The notes: generated from the sequence alone by a model not told the origin. DNA of 64,000 nt from Clostridia bacterium (GCA_026418275.1 JAOABQ010000100.1:1-64000), one strand, 5' to 3'. Positions 1 through 11,343 are shown, numbered from the stretch's first letter. A program made the numbers and translations.

Positions 1-326
1 TTCCTGATATAATATCTCATTGTTAGCTCCTTTACTAATTTTGGGATTGTATCGGTCAGGACACAAACCTAATCTTAGCTAAAGGAGTTTTATTTTTCTA
101 CCGTAAATATCTTCCTATAAATTTAATGCAATGTTACTGAAAATAATTATGAAATTGCCCTAAAATAAGCCCTTATGAAATAAACATATTATTAGGAGAT
201 TCATTTATATCTAACTTAGAAAAAACTTTTACATTTTGCTTGGTAGGGCGGTTCCCAAAAGCATGGAATGCCTGTTTGACACAAAGTAAGATTTTTATCG
301 GGATTTATAGGTAAAGTATATTAGTT

Positions 327-953
327 TTGGAGGCGGTTGTGTTGCTGTATGTTTATATCGGCTTTTTTACCTTTGGATTAATATATTCTGCGGTATCTAT
401 GGTTTTAGGAGGCCATGATTTTCACGGCGGTGATTTCAGCGGCCACGGACATGACGGCAATGGGGAGGGAGCACCCTCCCCATTGAGTCCATTGGTTATA
501 GCAAGTGCTGTTACTGCATTTGGTGCAGTTGGTTTGATAGGTAAATTGGGCTTTAAGTTCACGGATGCATTAAGCATACCGTTTGCCACGATTTGCTCAG
601 TCATTGTCGGAGCAGTTGTTTTCTTCGGGGTTGTGCGGCTCCTATACCGTTCCCAGTCAAATTCAAGTTTTTCACTTGAAGATTTAACAGGTGTAGTAGC
701 TGAGGTCATAACACCCATTCCACAAAACGGTTTGGGAGAAATCGCTTATGTGGTTAACGGGGTTCGTTATAATAATTCTGCAAAGTCCCTTTACGGGGAG
801 GAGATAAAAAGGGGACACGATGTCATTATCATGGAGTTTAAAGAAAATGTTGCAATGGTTGTTCGAAAGATCAGCATAGATTCAAGGGAATTATTTGAAA
901 CAAATGATGAAAGAGTTGTAAGAGAAAGTCAAAAAATTAACGAAGGGGGCTAG
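327..953 (+). CDS. NfeD-family membrane protein (YuaF-like), partner of flotillin
   Basis: The N-terminal half is hydrophobic with a Gly/His-rich linker, and the C-terminus has an OB-fold-like domain typical of short NfeD. It sits immediately upstream of, and is translationally coupled to, the flotillin gene (stop 953, next start 957). The start is uncertain: TTG at 327, or GTG/TTG at 339/342 after GGAGG. Confidence 0.7.
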   Translation: MEAVVLLYVYIGFFTFGLIYSAVSMVLGGHDFHGGDFSGHGHDGNGEGAPSPLSPLVIASAVTAFGAVGLIGKLGFKFTDALSIPFATICSVIVGAVVFFGVVRLLYRSQSNSSFSLEDLTGVVAEVITPIPQNGLGEIAYVVNGVRYNNSAKSLYGEEIKRGHDVIIMEFKENVAMVVRKISIDSRELFETNDERVVRESQKINEGG

Positions 954-956
954 AAA

Positions 957-2378
957 ATGTTTGACAATTTTAATTTAGGGGTTACTGTACTTATCGCGGC
1001 AGCAAGTGTTCTTGTTCTATTTACTCTTATCTCGGTTTTTGTAAAACGATACGTTAAAGTTGGTCCGGATGAAGCACTCATTGTATCGGGAAGAAAGAAA
1101 AGGCTTCCTACAGGCCAGATTGTGGGTTTCAGGATCGTAAAAGGGGGCGCGACTTTTGTCTGGCCGGTATTTGAAACTGCAAAGACCATCTCACTGAGGA
1201 TTATGCCGTTGGATGTCAATTCAAGTGCTTATACTTCACAAGGCGTGCAATTAACCGTGGATGGCATTGCACAGGTTAAAATCGATTCGAGTCAGGAAGC
1301 CATTGCTACAGCAGCAGAACAGTTTTTAAGCATGCGGGAAGAGGAAATAAAAAGTATAGCAAAGCAGACCTTGGAAGGACATCTCCGCTCTATTGTAGGA
1401 AACCTTACGGTGGAGGAGATCAACCAAAATAGAGACGCTTTTGCACAAAAAGTTCAGGAACTGGCAGCAGGTGATTTGGCAAACATGGGGCTTAAGATAA
1501 TCTCCTTTACCATCCGTGAGATTGCAGATAAAAACGGATACCTTGAAAGCCTTGGAAAAGCACAGATTGCAAGAGTGCAAAGGGATGCCGTAATCGGCCA
1601 GGCAGAGGCCAAAAGAGACGCAGATATTAAGAGTGCAGAGGCTATGCAGGCCGGCCAAACTGCCAAATACCTTGCTGAAACCAAAGTAGCTGAATCCAAC
1701 AGGGATAAGGAAATCAAAGTAGCCGAATACCAGGCCGCAATAAACGAAAGAAAAGCGGAAGCCGATCTGTCCTATGATAAGAAAAAGTACTCGGTAGATC
1801 AGACAGTACAAAAGGAAGCACTACAGGTTGAAATTGTGAAAAAACAGAAAGAGATAGAAATCCAGGAACAGGAAGCCATGAGAAAGGAAAAAGAGCTTGA
1901 AGCTACAGTGCGTAAGCCGGCTGAAGCTGAAAAGTTTCGGATTGAGGTTCAGGCTGAGGCAGACCGGATTCGAAAATCAAAGGAAGCGGAAGGTCAGTCT
2001 TATGTAATTAAAGCGGAAGGTATTGCAAAGGCAGAAGCCATCAAAGCAGCCGGATTGGCAGAAGCAGAGATTATTCAGGCAAAAGGGGAAGCCGAAGCGG
2101 TCGCTATGATGAAAAAGGCAGAGGCTTACAAGATGTTTAATGATGCTGCCATGGCCCAAATGATCATTGAGAAACTTCCGGAAATCGCAGCAGCAATTGC
2201 GCAACCGCTTTCAAAAACAGAAAAGATTATTATGATTGGCGACTCTGGAGCATCGAAGCTTACAAAGGATATAACCAACGTTATGGCGCAGCTTCCTGAA
2301 ACAGTAAAAGGTGTTACTGGAATTGATCTTGCTCAGATTATTAAGAATTATGCAGATAATGGCTTGAATAAAGATTAG
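957..2378 (+). CDS. floT: flotillin (SPFH/band-7 family, FloT/YuaG-like)
   Basis: It has an N-terminal TM helix, an SPFH domain and a long Ala/Glu/Lys-rich coiled-coil C-terminus with EA repeats, and is 473 aa. The nfeD-floT pairing is conserved. Confidence 0.85.
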   Translation: MFDNFNLGVTVLIAAASVLVLFTLISVFVKRYVKVGPDEALIVSGRKKRLPTGQIVGFRIVKGGATFVWPVFETAKTISLRIMPLDVNSSAYTSQGVQLTVDGIAQVKIDSSQEAIATAAEQFLSMREEEIKSIAKQTLEGHLRSIVGNLTVEEINQNRDAFAQKVQELAAGDLANMGLKIISFTIREIADKNGYLESLGKAQIARVQRDAVIGQAEAKRDADIKSAEAMQAGQTAKYLAETKVAESNRDKEIKVAEYQAAINERKAEADLSYDKKKYSVDQTVQKEALQVEIVKKQKEIEIQEQEAMRKEKELEATVRKPAEAEKFRIEVQAEADRIRKSKEAEGQSYVIKAEGIAKAEAIKAAGLAEAEIIQAKGEAEAVAMMKKAEAYKMFNDAAMAQMIIEKLPEIAAAIAQPLSKTEKIIMIGDSGASKLTKDITNVMAQLPETVKGVTGIDLAQIIKNYADNGLNKD

Positions 2379-2750
2379 AAAGGGAATCTGTAGATAATAA
2401 AAAAATTTGCATTTGCCTATCAAAATGAGGTCTAAAACCCTTCAACAAAATCTATATCAATTGTAAAGTTTTAGTGCGATCGAAATATAATATGCAGCAT
2501 ATGTAAGTTAAGGCAAAAGTATAAAATAAGGGGAGTGCCTCGAAGATTGGGGGGCCTCTTATTTTTTTCATGGAGTAATAAAAATTATAAAAGATATGTT
2601 TTTTTAGCGAAATATAGTATAATAAAGAAAAATGTGTTGTAGATTATCGGTATTTGTGAGATTTTTACATATCTCCAATATTCATAACTTATTACAGGTG
2701 TATTGGGTGAGAATTACGAAAGAATCTACCTTCATAAAGGAGTTGATTTT

Positions 2751-3179
2751 ATGGCCTCAAAAAACAAGGTGGATATAAGAATCGCGGGTAAAGATTATAC
2801 TTTGGTGGGGACTGAGTCCGATGAATATATTCAGAAAGTTGGACTTTACATCGATAAGAAGATGAATGAGATTATGAGGAACAATAGCAGGCTGAGCACG
2901 TCAATGGCTGCAGTACTAACGGCAATTAATATTGCAGATGATTACTTTAAGGCATATCAAAACGAAAAAAGCTTAAGAGAAGAGTTGCAATTGATTTATG
3001 AAAAGCTGGAGAGTCTTAAGGCAGAAAATAAATCGTTGAGTGAGCAGAATGATATTTTAAATAGTAAGGGTACTCATTTACAATTGGAGCTGGCAAAGCG
3101 GGAGGCAGAATTAAATGAAGTGAGAAATTCTGTGGGCAAAACGGCGGTAGGACATAGAAATAACCGTTTTCGGGCGTAA
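2751..3179 (+). CDS. zapA: cell division protein ZapA
   Basis: The 'VDIRIAGKDYTL' N-terminus and the coiled-coil C-terminus are typical of ZapA. AAGGAG lies 8 nt upstream of ATG 2751; the ORF track start at 2703 is probably too early. Confidence 0.75.
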   Translation: MASKNKVDIRIAGKDYTLVGTESDEYIQKVGLYIDKKMNEIMRNNSRLSTSMAAVLTAINIADDYFKAYQNEKSLREELQLIYEKLESLKAENKSLSEQNDILNSKGTHLQLELAKREAELNEVRNSVGKTAVGHRNNRFRA

Positions 3180-3183
3180 AATT

Positions 3184-3210
3184 CAGGAAAATTATTTCCT
3201 GGATTTTTTT
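3184..3210 (+). terminator. rho-independent terminator after zapA
   Basis: caggaaa-attattt-tcctg hairpin followed by a T8 run. Confidence 0.6.
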
Positions 3211-3471
3211 GTCGTTAGGAGTACTGAAGCCATGACCAAAAATTACAAATGGGTGCGGTCAAACTATTATAATTATTTGGTAATATGTGGGCGGGTATGA
3301 GAGAAAGGTTCCAAAAGTAATGCGTGATTCCTGGGTACGGAAGAGTGCTAAACTGTTGTTTTATTTGGTTACCTTTATGCAGTACCTGGGTTAAGAAAAG
3401 AAAAAATAGTTTAAATTTAGACTTTGGTGGAATATAATATTAAGAAATTATGTTTATTGAGGAGGCGGATC

Positions 3472-4650
3472 ATGATTAAAGTTAAAGATAATATATACTG
3501 GACTGGGGTCATAGATTGGGAATTAAGGGAGTTTCACGGCCATGAACTGTCAACCCATAAAGGATCATCATATAATTCATACCTGATTAGAGATAAGAAA
3601 ACAGTTTTAGTAGATACGGTATGGTATCCGTATAAGGATCTGTTCGCACAAAAGCTTGAAAATGAAGTAGGTATTAAGAATATAGATTTGATTGTAATTA
3701 ACCATATGGAGCCGGATCACGGTGGAAGTCTGGAAGAAATTATGAAAGTGAATCCGGATATTCCTATATATTGCACAAAAAATGGTGCTGAAACAATAAA
3801 AAGACATTTTCATAAGGAGTGGAATTTCAATATTGTTAAAACCGGGGACACGGTGAATATAGGGGACTATGATCTTGTTTTTGTTGAAATGCAGATGATT
3901 CATTGGCCGGACAGTCTTGCAACTTTTGTCAAAGGCCCCAATGTACTTCTTTCCAATGATGCTTTCGGTCAGCACTATGCTGCTTTATCCCTTTTTAATG
4001 ATTCGGTTGATTCCTGTGAACTTTATCAGGAGGCCTTAAAGTACTATGCCAATATATTGACTCCCTTTAGCCCCCTAATCAAAAAGAAAATTGAGGAAAT
4101 CAAAGGTTTGAATTTGCCTATCGAGATGATTGCTCCAAGTCACGGGGTTATTTGGAGGGACAACCCTATGCAAATTGTAGAGAAATATTATGAGTGGTCA
4201 CAGAATTACAATGAAGGATGGGTTGCCATTGTCTATGATACAATGTATGATGCTACCAAAACAATGGCAGAGGCAATCGCTGACGGGCTCCACAATAAAA
4301 ATGTAAAGTGCAAGCTGTTTAACGCTGCTGTCACAGACAGGAGTGATTTGCTGACTGAACTTTTTAAAGCAAGCGGGCTTATTGTAGGAAGTTGTACCGT
4401 CAATAATGCGGCCCTTTCCTCAATAATGTCCTTATTGGATGAGATAAAAGCTTTAAGGCTTAAAAATAAGATGGGAGCAGCTTTTGGATCTTATGGATGG
4501 AGTGGGGAGGCACAGAAAATCATTCAGCAGAGGCTCCAGGAAGCCGGAATGAAAATAGTGGAAGAACCGCTTCAATTCAAATACCGCCCTACTAAGGACG
4601 AGCTGGATCAATGCATCCAAATGGGAGAACGCTTTGCCGGCAAACTATAG
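3472..4650 (+). CDS. fprA: flavodiiron protein FprA (A-type flavoprotein; metallo-beta-lactamase + flavodoxin domains), O2/NO reductase
   Basis: HxExDH di-iron motif ('NHMEPDHGG') and a C-terminal flavodoxin-like domain. GAGGAGG RBS before ATG 3472. Confidence 0.85.
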   Translation: MIKVKDNIYWTGVIDWELREFHGHELSTHKGSSYNSYLIRDKKTVLVDTVWYPYKDLFAQKLENEVGIKNIDLIVINHMEPDHGGSLEEIMKVNPDIPIYCTKNGAETIKRHFHKEWNFNIVKTGDTVNIGDYDLVFVEMQMIHWPDSLATFVKGPNVLLSNDAFGQHYAALSLFNDSVDSCELYQEALKYYANILTPFSPLIKKKIEEIKGLNLPIEMIAPSHGVIWRDNPMQIVEKYYEWSQNYNEGWVAIVYDTMYDATKTMAEAIADGLHNKNVKCKLFNAAVTDRSDLLTELFKASGLIVGSCTVNNAALSSIMSLLDEIKALRLKNKMGAAFGSYGWSGEAQKIIQQRLQEAGMKIVEEPLQFKYRPTKDELDQCIQMGERFAGKL

Positions 4651-5041
4651 AAGTTTTAACGCCGCTCAGAAGTGACTGTACGAAAAATGCAGGTGTTAAT
4701 CCGTGCCTTGGGGGCTAACGTGTTGAATTATATTTATTAGATTTATATTGTTTTTAGTGGAAGAAAAGGCAGCATAAAATAATTGAAAAGCTTAAAGTTT
4801 TTCAATTATTTTTTTTGAGAGGAAAATTTTAATATGAATAAGAAAGCAGAAATTTGACTCTAAATGGTACATAGAGTATGGATTGTTGGTATATTATTAA
4901 ATTTTTATATAAAATTTAGTAAAAAAACGAAAATCTTATTCTTTACCAATGAGCGAAATTTTAGTATAATAAATTTAGTAATGTATTCACGTCTATTGTA
5001 GTCTGTCTAAAATAATCTATCTATAATATAGGAGATATGCC

Positions 5042-5725
5042 ATGAGAGAATTAAACTTGCCTAATAATCCCTTCTTGGTTTCTGAAGACGAGAAAAAGAA
5101 TGTTTTAGCAGAGGATACACCGGTTTATATTATTCATAAAAGAGTATTTGTAGGGATGTTGAATATTGTAAAAAAGGCAGATGCGAAATTTATTTATATT
5201 AAAGCAACGGAGCCTTTTCTAAATGGTAGTGTCATTTTGGGAGACAGTGTAACATGCCAGATTTTTAATGGAGAGCATGAATACAGGTTTTACGGGCAAG
5301 TGAGTATGATTGAAGATGATTGTAATGGGCTTGTGCACATTGAATTGAATCAGGCACATAAGTATTTAAATTTAAGAAGGGACAAGCGTTATATTGTAAA
5401 TTTCAACACAGAGATCCTGGACTACTTATCCAATAAACGGCTGGAAGGTGTAATAAAAAACATTAGTCTCGGTGGCATTGCTCTTGCATGTAGTGAGCCT
5501 ATTGACAAGCAGTCCAACCTGGGCATAAAAATACCCATCGACCATGAAGGAAAAAAATATTTAGAGTTTAAAGCGAGAATCTTAAGGGTTCTGCCCTGTA
5601 TAAATTACAGAGAATACGGTATGGTTATACACGAAATTGATGACAATAATAAAGAAAAATTGCAAAATTTGATTAAAACCTTGGAAGATAACGAAAAGGC
5701 CGTTGTTGAGTTTTTAAAAAGATAG
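5042..5725 (+). CDS. PilZ-domain protein (c-di-GMP receptor, YcgR-like architecture)
   Basis: The C-terminal half has the PilZ-like segments 'RRDKRYIV' and 'NISLGGIALA'. It is a standalone gene with long AT-rich flanks. Confidence 0.6.
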   Translation: MRELNLPNNPFLVSEDEKKNVLAEDTPVYIIHKRVFVGMLNIVKKADAKFIYIKATEPFLNGSVILGDSVTCQIFNGEHEYRFYGQVSMIEDDCNGLVHIELNQAHKYLNLRRDKRYIVNFNTEILDYLSNKRLEGVIKNISLGGIALACSEPIDKQSNLGIKIPIDHEGKKYLEFKARILRVLPCINYREYGMVIHEIDDNNKEKLQNLIKTLEDNEKAVVEFLKR

Positions 5726-6157
5726 AGAATAGATTCATTTGGAATTTAGATTGGCGTGTTGTTTTCATAAGCATTTGGAAAAGCATTAACAGAAATTGTA
5801 TGTTGTGGTTTCATTTATAATTTATCCATATTGGGAAGAATTCAACAAAAATCAAATGTGATCAATACACGTTTGATTTTTATTTTATGTATTGATTATC
5901 TGAAAGTGTTGCATTATTATAAACTAAGGTATAAAATTTTACTTTCAGCAAAAAGCATATCTATTCAGTAAAAGTAAAGATGCCATGTTTAATAAAATCA
6001 TGGCAATTTGATAAAATATTTAATAGAATAGTAATGTTTAGCGCTCAAAGAAGGTAGGCAGGTTTTGTATAAAGTTGCAGTGAATGGATACCAAATCACT
6101 AATGATTGCTATATTTTATATAGTTAGATAGAAACTTATACTTGAGGAGGTAGAAAA

Positions 6158-7894
6158 ATGATTGCTCCGGAAGAATATAAAAATAACGAAAACGGGGAAG
6201 AAACCAACAGTTCTGCTCCAGGCGTTTATTCAAGTTTTATTCAGGATATTATCGATAAAGATATGGAGTCCAATAAATACGGCGGACGTGTTCATACTAG
6301 ATTTCCACCTGAACCGAACGGATATCTTCATATTGGACATGCCAAATCCATATGCCTGAATTTTGGGCTTGCAAAAAGAAACAGCGGGCTTTGCAATCTG
6401 CGCTTTGACGATACAAACCCGGTTAAAGAGGATGTAGAGTATGTTGAATCTATCCAGGAAGACGTTAAATGGCTTGGCTTTGAGTGGGATGAACGGATGT
6501 TTTATGCCTCGGACTATTTTGGCAGGCTTTACGACTATGCCATCGCATTAATAAAAGCAGGAAAAGCTTATGTCTGCGATCTCAAAGCCGATCAGATCAG
6601 AGAGTACCGGGGGACTTTAACGGAACCCGGAAAGGAAAGCCCCTATCGGACACGTACGGTTGAGGAAAATCTTGAACTTTTTGAACGGATGAAGAATGGG
6701 GAATTTGAGGATGGTTCTCGCGTGCTGCGTGCAAAAATAGACATGTCTTCGCCAAATTTAAATATGAGAGATCCTGTGATGTATCGTATTATGCATGCCA
6801 CACACCACAGGACAGGTGACAAATGGTGCATCTATCCTATGTATGACTATGCCCATCCTATTTCGGATTATATCGAAGGAATTACCCATTCCATTTGTAC
6901 GTTGGAATTTGAAGACCATCGTCCATTGTACGACTGGTTCCTTCAAGCATTAGAGCTTAAGGAGTGTCCTCAGCAAATTGAATTTGCCAGATTAAACTTA
7001 AACTACACGGTGATGAGTAAACGTAAACTATTGCAGCTCGTAAAGGAAGGACATGTATCGGGGTGGGATGATCCGCGTATGCCTACAATATCAGGCCTTC
7101 GAAGAAGGGGATATACGCCGGAGTCAATCCGTGATTTTTGTGACCGGATCGGTGTGGCCAAAACCACCAGCACCGTGGATATAGCATTACTTGAGCACTG
7201 CATCCGTGAAGACCTAAATATTAGGGCTCCACGGGTAATGGCTGTGCTACGCCCCGTTAAAGTAATTATTGATAACTACCCTGAGGGGCAGGTAGAGTGG
7301 TTCCAGTCGGAAAATAATCCGGAGGACCCCAGTATGGGCTCAAGGAGTATTCCTTTTTCAAGGGAAATATATATTGAACAGGACGATTTTTGTGAAAATC
7401 CTCCCAAAAAGTATTTCCGTTTGGCGCCGGGCGCTGAAGTAAGATTAAAACACGCTTATTTTATTCGATGTGAACATGTTGTGAAAGATGAGAAAACAGG
7501 CGAAATCATTGAAATTCATTGTACCTATGATCCTGAGTCCAAAGGTGGGAATTCGCCGGATGGCCGAAAGGTAAAGGGTACATTGCACTGGGTATCGGTA
7601 CAGCATGCATTGGATGCGGAAATCAGATTGTATGATCATCTTTTTACCGTTCCAAATCCTGGGGAGGAAAAGGATGGTGCGGACTTTAAGGACAATTTAA
7701 ATCCCGCTTCCCTGGAATTGTTGTCCAACTGTAAAATTGAGCCAAGCTTAGCGGATGCAAAGCCGGGAAGCAAATTTCAATTCTTGAGAATGGGATATTT
7801 CTCTTTGGATGAAGTAGGATATAGTAAGGAAAAACCGATCTTTAACCGGATTGTAGCACTAAAGGATTCGTGGGCAAAAATTGTAAAAATGTAA
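6158..7894 (+). CDS. glnS: glutamine--tRNA ligase (class I, GlnRS)
   Basis: HIGH motif ('[12 protein letters not shown]'), KMSKS-like motif ('VMSKRK'), and a 578-aa length typical of GlnRS rather than GluRS. Confidence 0.85.
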   Translation: MIAPEEYKNNENGEETNSSAPGVYSSFIQDIIDKDMESNKYGGRVHTRFPPEPNGYLHIGHAKSICLNFGLAKRNSGLCNLRFDDTNPVKEDVEYVESIQEDVKWLGFEWDERMFYASDYFGRLYDYAIALIKAGKAYVCDLKADQIREYRGTLTEPGKESPYRTRTVEENLELFERMKNGEFEDGSRVLRAKIDMSSPNLNMRDPVMYRIMHATHHRTGDKWCIYPMYDYAHPISDYIEGITHSICTLEFEDHRPLYDWFLQALELKECPQQIEFARLNLNYTVMSKRKLLQLVKEGHVSGWDDPRMPTISGLRRRGYTPESIRDFCDRIGVAKTTSTVDIALLEHCIREDLNIRAPRVMAVLRPVKVIIDNYPEGQVEWFQSENNPEDPSMGSRSIPFSREIYIEQDDFCENPPKKYFRLAPGAEVRLKHAYFIRCEHVVKDEKTGEIIEIHCTYDPESKGGNSPDGRKVKGTLHWVSVQHALDAEIRLYDHLFTVPNPGEEKDGADFKDNLNPASLELLSNCKIEPSLADAKPGSKFQFLRMGYFSLDEVGYSKEKPIFNRIVALKDSWAKIVKM

Positions 7895-7901
7895 ATAAAA
7901 T

Positions 7902-7942
7902 AAAGCGTAGGAAGCGTACAATGTTTTCTACGCTTTATTTTT
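7902..7942 (+). terminator. rho-independent terminator after glnS
   Basis: aaagcgtag...ctacgcttt stem followed by a T-rich run. Confidence 0.6.
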
Positions 7943-8151
7943 ACTGTATAAACAAGCCGACTTGTCTTACTATTTGACAGATTGTTAAACACTCTTTAAT
8001 AAACACAGTATAAGACGGATGCTTGAATGGTATAGGATTCCTATGGGAATAAGGGTGGGTAAAATTGGAAGGTTGATATAATAAAAAATCCTTATTTTAT
8101 TATTGACAAAGATATTAATAATCTGTATAATAACCTATGCGGATGACAAAT

Positions 8152-8226
8152 GCGGGTTTAACTCAGCGGTAGAGTGTCACCTTGCCAAGGTGAAAGTCGC
8201 GCGTTCAAATCGCGTAACCCGCTCCA
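8152..8226 (+). tRNA. tRNA-Gly (anticodon GCC)
   Basis: Cloverleaf traced by hand: acceptor gcgggtt/aacccgc, anticodon loop ttGCCaa, T-arm gcgcg-ttcaaat-cgcgt, encoded CCA. Confidence 0.85.
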
Positions 8227-8305
8227 AAATTTAATAATCAGGTACTAGAGACAAGAAGCTAGTGCGATAAAGCTTCAGTTTCTTGTATTTAGTTTCAGCA
8301 CTTTT

Positions 8306-8379
8306 GCGGGTGTAGTTCAATGGTAGAACATCAGCCTTCCAAGCTGATTGCGAGGGTCCGATTCCCTTCACCCGCTCCA
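8306..8379 (+). tRNA. tRNA-Gly (anticodon UCC)
   Basis: Acceptor gcgggtg/cacccgc, anticodon loop ctTCCaa, encoded CCA. Confidence 0.8.
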
Positions 8380-8385
8380 AATGTC

Positions 8386-8412
8386 AGCAGCTGCTTCAAA
8401 GCAGCTGTTTTT
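8386..8412 (+). terminator. terminator after tRNA pair
   Basis: cagctgctt-caa-aagcagctg hairpin followed by tttt. Confidence 0.6.
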
Positions 8413-8879
8413 AGTTTGTCATAAAAGTCTTATTCTTAACATTGGTAACAGGTTCCCAATTGCATTACATAAATACGAATTTGCCTTCAAGAATGAAGCT
8501 TCATTGTTCTTGAAACCCGCTCAATCCGGTACAACAGAGTAATTTTAAGCATTTGCGGCCTAATACTATATTGAATGGTTGTTTGGTTTCTTAGTAAACT
8601 GGGATTCAAGAAAAATTAGCCAATCAAATGATTAAAAATTAGATTTTTACGGTTGAATGCACCATTGGGTATCTGATAATTCCAAGTTTAGGCTCTTTTT
8701 ATTTGCATCTGATCAAAAATGTCTATTTTTTATCAAACTTTTAAAATTTTATATTGAATAATCATGGACTGAGTATTATAATGTATCCTGGTGTAAATTT
8801 TTTAGTAGGTCTTCTCTTGGGGGGAAGATTTTAAATACATAATATTTTACATTAGTTTTTAAAAAAGGGAGGAAGAAAA

Positions 8880-11321
8880 ATGTATCACATGTCTAAGAAA
8901 TTAGCAAAGGCATCGGTCGCCGGTTTAGTCGGTTTACTCATGGCTGTGCTAACGCCTGCTATGGCCTTTGCAAGCGAAGCAGACCTAAAGATTCCCGAAC
9001 TGACAGATGCACAAGAAACTTGGCTTTACATCGGGTTAGGGGTTTGCTTACTGGGGTTGGTATTCGGTTTATACCAATTCATGAGGGTAAAAAACCTCAA
9101 AGCACATCAATCCATGCTTGATGTGGCAAACACCATTTATGAAACCTGTAAAACTTACCTGATTCAACAAGGTAAATTTTTAGGAATTCTTTTGGTTTTA
9201 ATCGGTGCATGTATTGCGTTCTACTTTGGTTTCCTGGCACACACAGAAGCAAGTGGGGTTTTACTCATCCTGGCTTGGACTGTTATCGGTATTTTAGGTT
9301 CCTATAGTGTTGCTTGGTACGGCATCCGTATGAACACTTTGGCGAACAGCCGTATGGCGTTTTCCGCTTTGGAAAGAAAACCGTTAAAGCTTTTGAATAT
9401 TCCTCTTGATGCAGGGATGAGTATCGGTGTTCTTTTGATCTGTGTTGAGCTCTTAATGATGCTCATAATCATGCTTTTTGTTCCCCGTCATTTGGCCGGT
9501 GCAAGTTTTATCGGATTTGCAATCGGTGAATCCTTAGGAGCCAGTGCATTACGTATTGCCGGCGGTATCTTCACAAAAATCGCCGATATCGGTTCCGACC
9601 TTATGAAAATCGTTTTCAAAATTAAAGAGGATGACCCGCGTAACCCTGGAGTTATCGCTGACTGTACAGGAGATAATGCTGGTGACAGCGTTGGTCCGAC
9701 TGCAGACGGTTTCGAAACTTACGGTGTAACCGGTGTTGCTTTAATTTCATTCATAGTTCTTGCTGTAGGTGAATCTTTACAAACTAGTCTTTTAACTTGG
9801 ATTTTTGTAATGCGTATCTTGATGGTTGTTACTTCTGTTGTTGCTTTCTATATCAATAAAGCTTTCAGCAGCATGAAGTACAGCAATAAAGACGATATCG
9901 ATTTCGAACAACCTTTGACAAACCTGGTTTGGATTACTTCTATCCTTTCCATTGTTGTAACTTTCGTAATCAGCTACTTAATGATCGGACCAGGCTCTGA
10001 TGTTGCTGCAAAATCAGAAAATCTTTGGTTGATTCTTTCCATCATTATCAGCTGCGGTACCTTGGGTGGTGCTTTGATCCCTGAGTTTACGAAAATATTC
10101 ACAAGCCCCAAATCAGCGCACGTACAGGAAACAGTTACATCTTCCAGAGAAGGTGGCGCTTCCTTAAATATCCTTGCAGGGTTGATTGCAGGTAACTTCA
10201 GTGCATTCTGGAAGGGTATGGTATTCTTCGGTTTGATGTTTGCTGCATATTTTGCAAGCCAGCAAGGTTTGGCGGATATTATGGAATACGAAGCGATCTT
10301 TGCGTTTGGTTTGGTTGCTTTCGGGTTCCTCGGCATGGGTCCTGTAACCATTGCTGTTGACAGCTACGGTCCTGTAACCGATAACGCTCAGTCAATCTAT
10401 GAGCTTTCCTTGATTGAATCCGTTCCGAATGTTGACAAGCAAATTGAAAAAGAATTCGGTTTCAAACCGGATTTTGATAAAGCAAAATACTACCTGGAAG
10501 CAAATGATGGTGCAGGTAATACGTTTAAAGCAACTGCAAAACCTGTGTTAATCGGTACTGCGGTGGTTGGTGCGACAACCATGATTTTCTCCTTGATTCT
10601 TGTTATCAAGAATGTATTGGGTGTTGAACCTGAGAAAATCTTAAATATCCTTAACCCATACACGATCCTAGGTTTCCTCTGTGGTGGTGCGGTTATTTAC
10701 TGGTTTACCGGCGCTTCTACTCAGGCGGTTTCAACAGGTGCTTACAGAGCGGTTGAATACATTAAGAAGAATATCAAGTTGGATGACAATTCAAACCAAA
10801 AGGCAGCAACTGAGAAGTCAAAAGAAGTTGTTAAGATTTGTACACAATACGCTCAAAAAGGTATGTTCAACATCTTTATCGCAATCTTCTCCTTTGCGTT
10901 GGCATTTGCGTTTATTTCCGCTCCATCCGGTGATAATAACGAGCCGGTTGCATTCTTCGTTGCATACTTGATCTCCATCGCCGTGTTTGGTTTATACCAA
11001 GCTGTATTTATGGCAAATGCAGGCGGTTGTTGGGATAATGCTAAAAAGGTTGTTGAAGTTGATTTGAAAGAAAAGGGAACTCCGCTCCATGACGCTACCG
11101 TTGTTGGCGATACTGTAGGTGATCCTTTCAAAGATACTTCTTCTGTAGCGTTGAACCCAATTATCAAGTTTACAACCTTGTTCGGTTTGCTGGCGATGGA
11201 AATTGCAATTTCAAAGGATTTCCAAAGTGTTGCTCCGTACATCGGGGTTGGATTCTTGGTAGTTGCACTTGTCTTTGTATGGCGCTCATTCTACGGTATG
11301 AGAATTCAAACTAAGAAATAA
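8880..11321 (+). CDS. hppA: membrane-bound proton/sodium-translocating pyrophosphatase (M-PPase, HppA), divergent with N-terminal extension
   Basis: The core 'GGIFTKIADIGSDL...EDDPRNPGVIADCTGDNAGD' matches the M-PPase signatures GGG-TKAADVGADL, DPRNPAVIADNVGDNVGD and GDTxGDP ('VVGDTVGDPFKD'). It has about 16 TM helices and is 813 aa, with a signal-peptide-like N-terminus. Confidence 0.8.
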   Translation: MYHMSKKLAKASVAGLVGLLMAVLTPAMAFASEADLKIPELTDAQETWLYIGLGVCLLGLVFGLYQFMRVKNLKAHQSMLDVANTIYETCKTYLIQQGKFLGILLVLIGACIAFYFGFLAHTEASGVLLILAWTVIGILGSYSVAWYGIRMNTLANSRMAFSALERKPLKLLNIPLDAGMSIGVLLICVELLMMLIIMLFVPRHLAGASFIGFAIGESLGASALRIAGGIFTKIADIGSDLMKIVFKIKEDDPRNPGVIADCTGDNAGDSVGPTADGFETYGVTGVALISFIVLAVGESLQTSLLTWIFVMRILMVVTSVVAFYINKAFSSMKYSNKDDIDFEQPLTNLVWITSILSIVVTFVISYLMIGPGSDVAAKSENLWLILSIIISCGTLGGALIPEFTKIFTSPKSAHVQETVTSSREGGASLNILAGLIAGNFSAFWKGMVFFGLMFAAYFASQQGLADIMEYEAIFAFGLVAFGFLGMGPVTIAVDSYGPVTDNAQSIYELSLIESVPNVDKQIEKEFGFKPDFDKAKYYLEANDGAGNTFKATAKPVLIGTAVVGATTMIFSLILVIKNVLGVEPEKILNILNPYTILGFLCGGAVIYWFTGASTQAVSTGAYRAVEYIKKNIKLDDNSNQKAATEKSKEVVKICTQYAQKGMFNIFIAIFSFALAFAFISAPSGDNNEPVAFFVAYLISIAVFGLYQAVFMANAGGCWDNAKKVVEVDLKEKGTPLHDATVVGDTVGDPFKDTSSVALNPIIKFTTLFGLLAMEIAISKDFQSVAPYIGVGFLVVALVFVWRSFYGMRIQTKK

Positions 11322-11343
11322 TAGGTTTTAAATTGAAAATACC

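Noticed and set aside
89-105. Exact 17-mer tttatttttctaccgta shared between 89-105 and 27500-27516, each followed by a TATAAT-like box.
   Set aside because: The region is AT-rich and low-complexity, and the chance expectation in 64 kb is not negligible. It is possibly a shared promoter motif but is not supportable.
5726-6157. Possible T-box leader upstream of glnS, in a 430-nt leader.
   Set aside because: I scanned for the conserved T-box sequence (AAUUAGGGUGGUACCGCG-like) and an antiterminator bulge and found none. I cannot support a T-box call from sequence alone.
8348-8542. 64-aa ORF in the six-frame track.
   Set aside because: It overlaps the 3' half of tRNA-Gly(UCC) and its terminator hairpin, and is an artefact.
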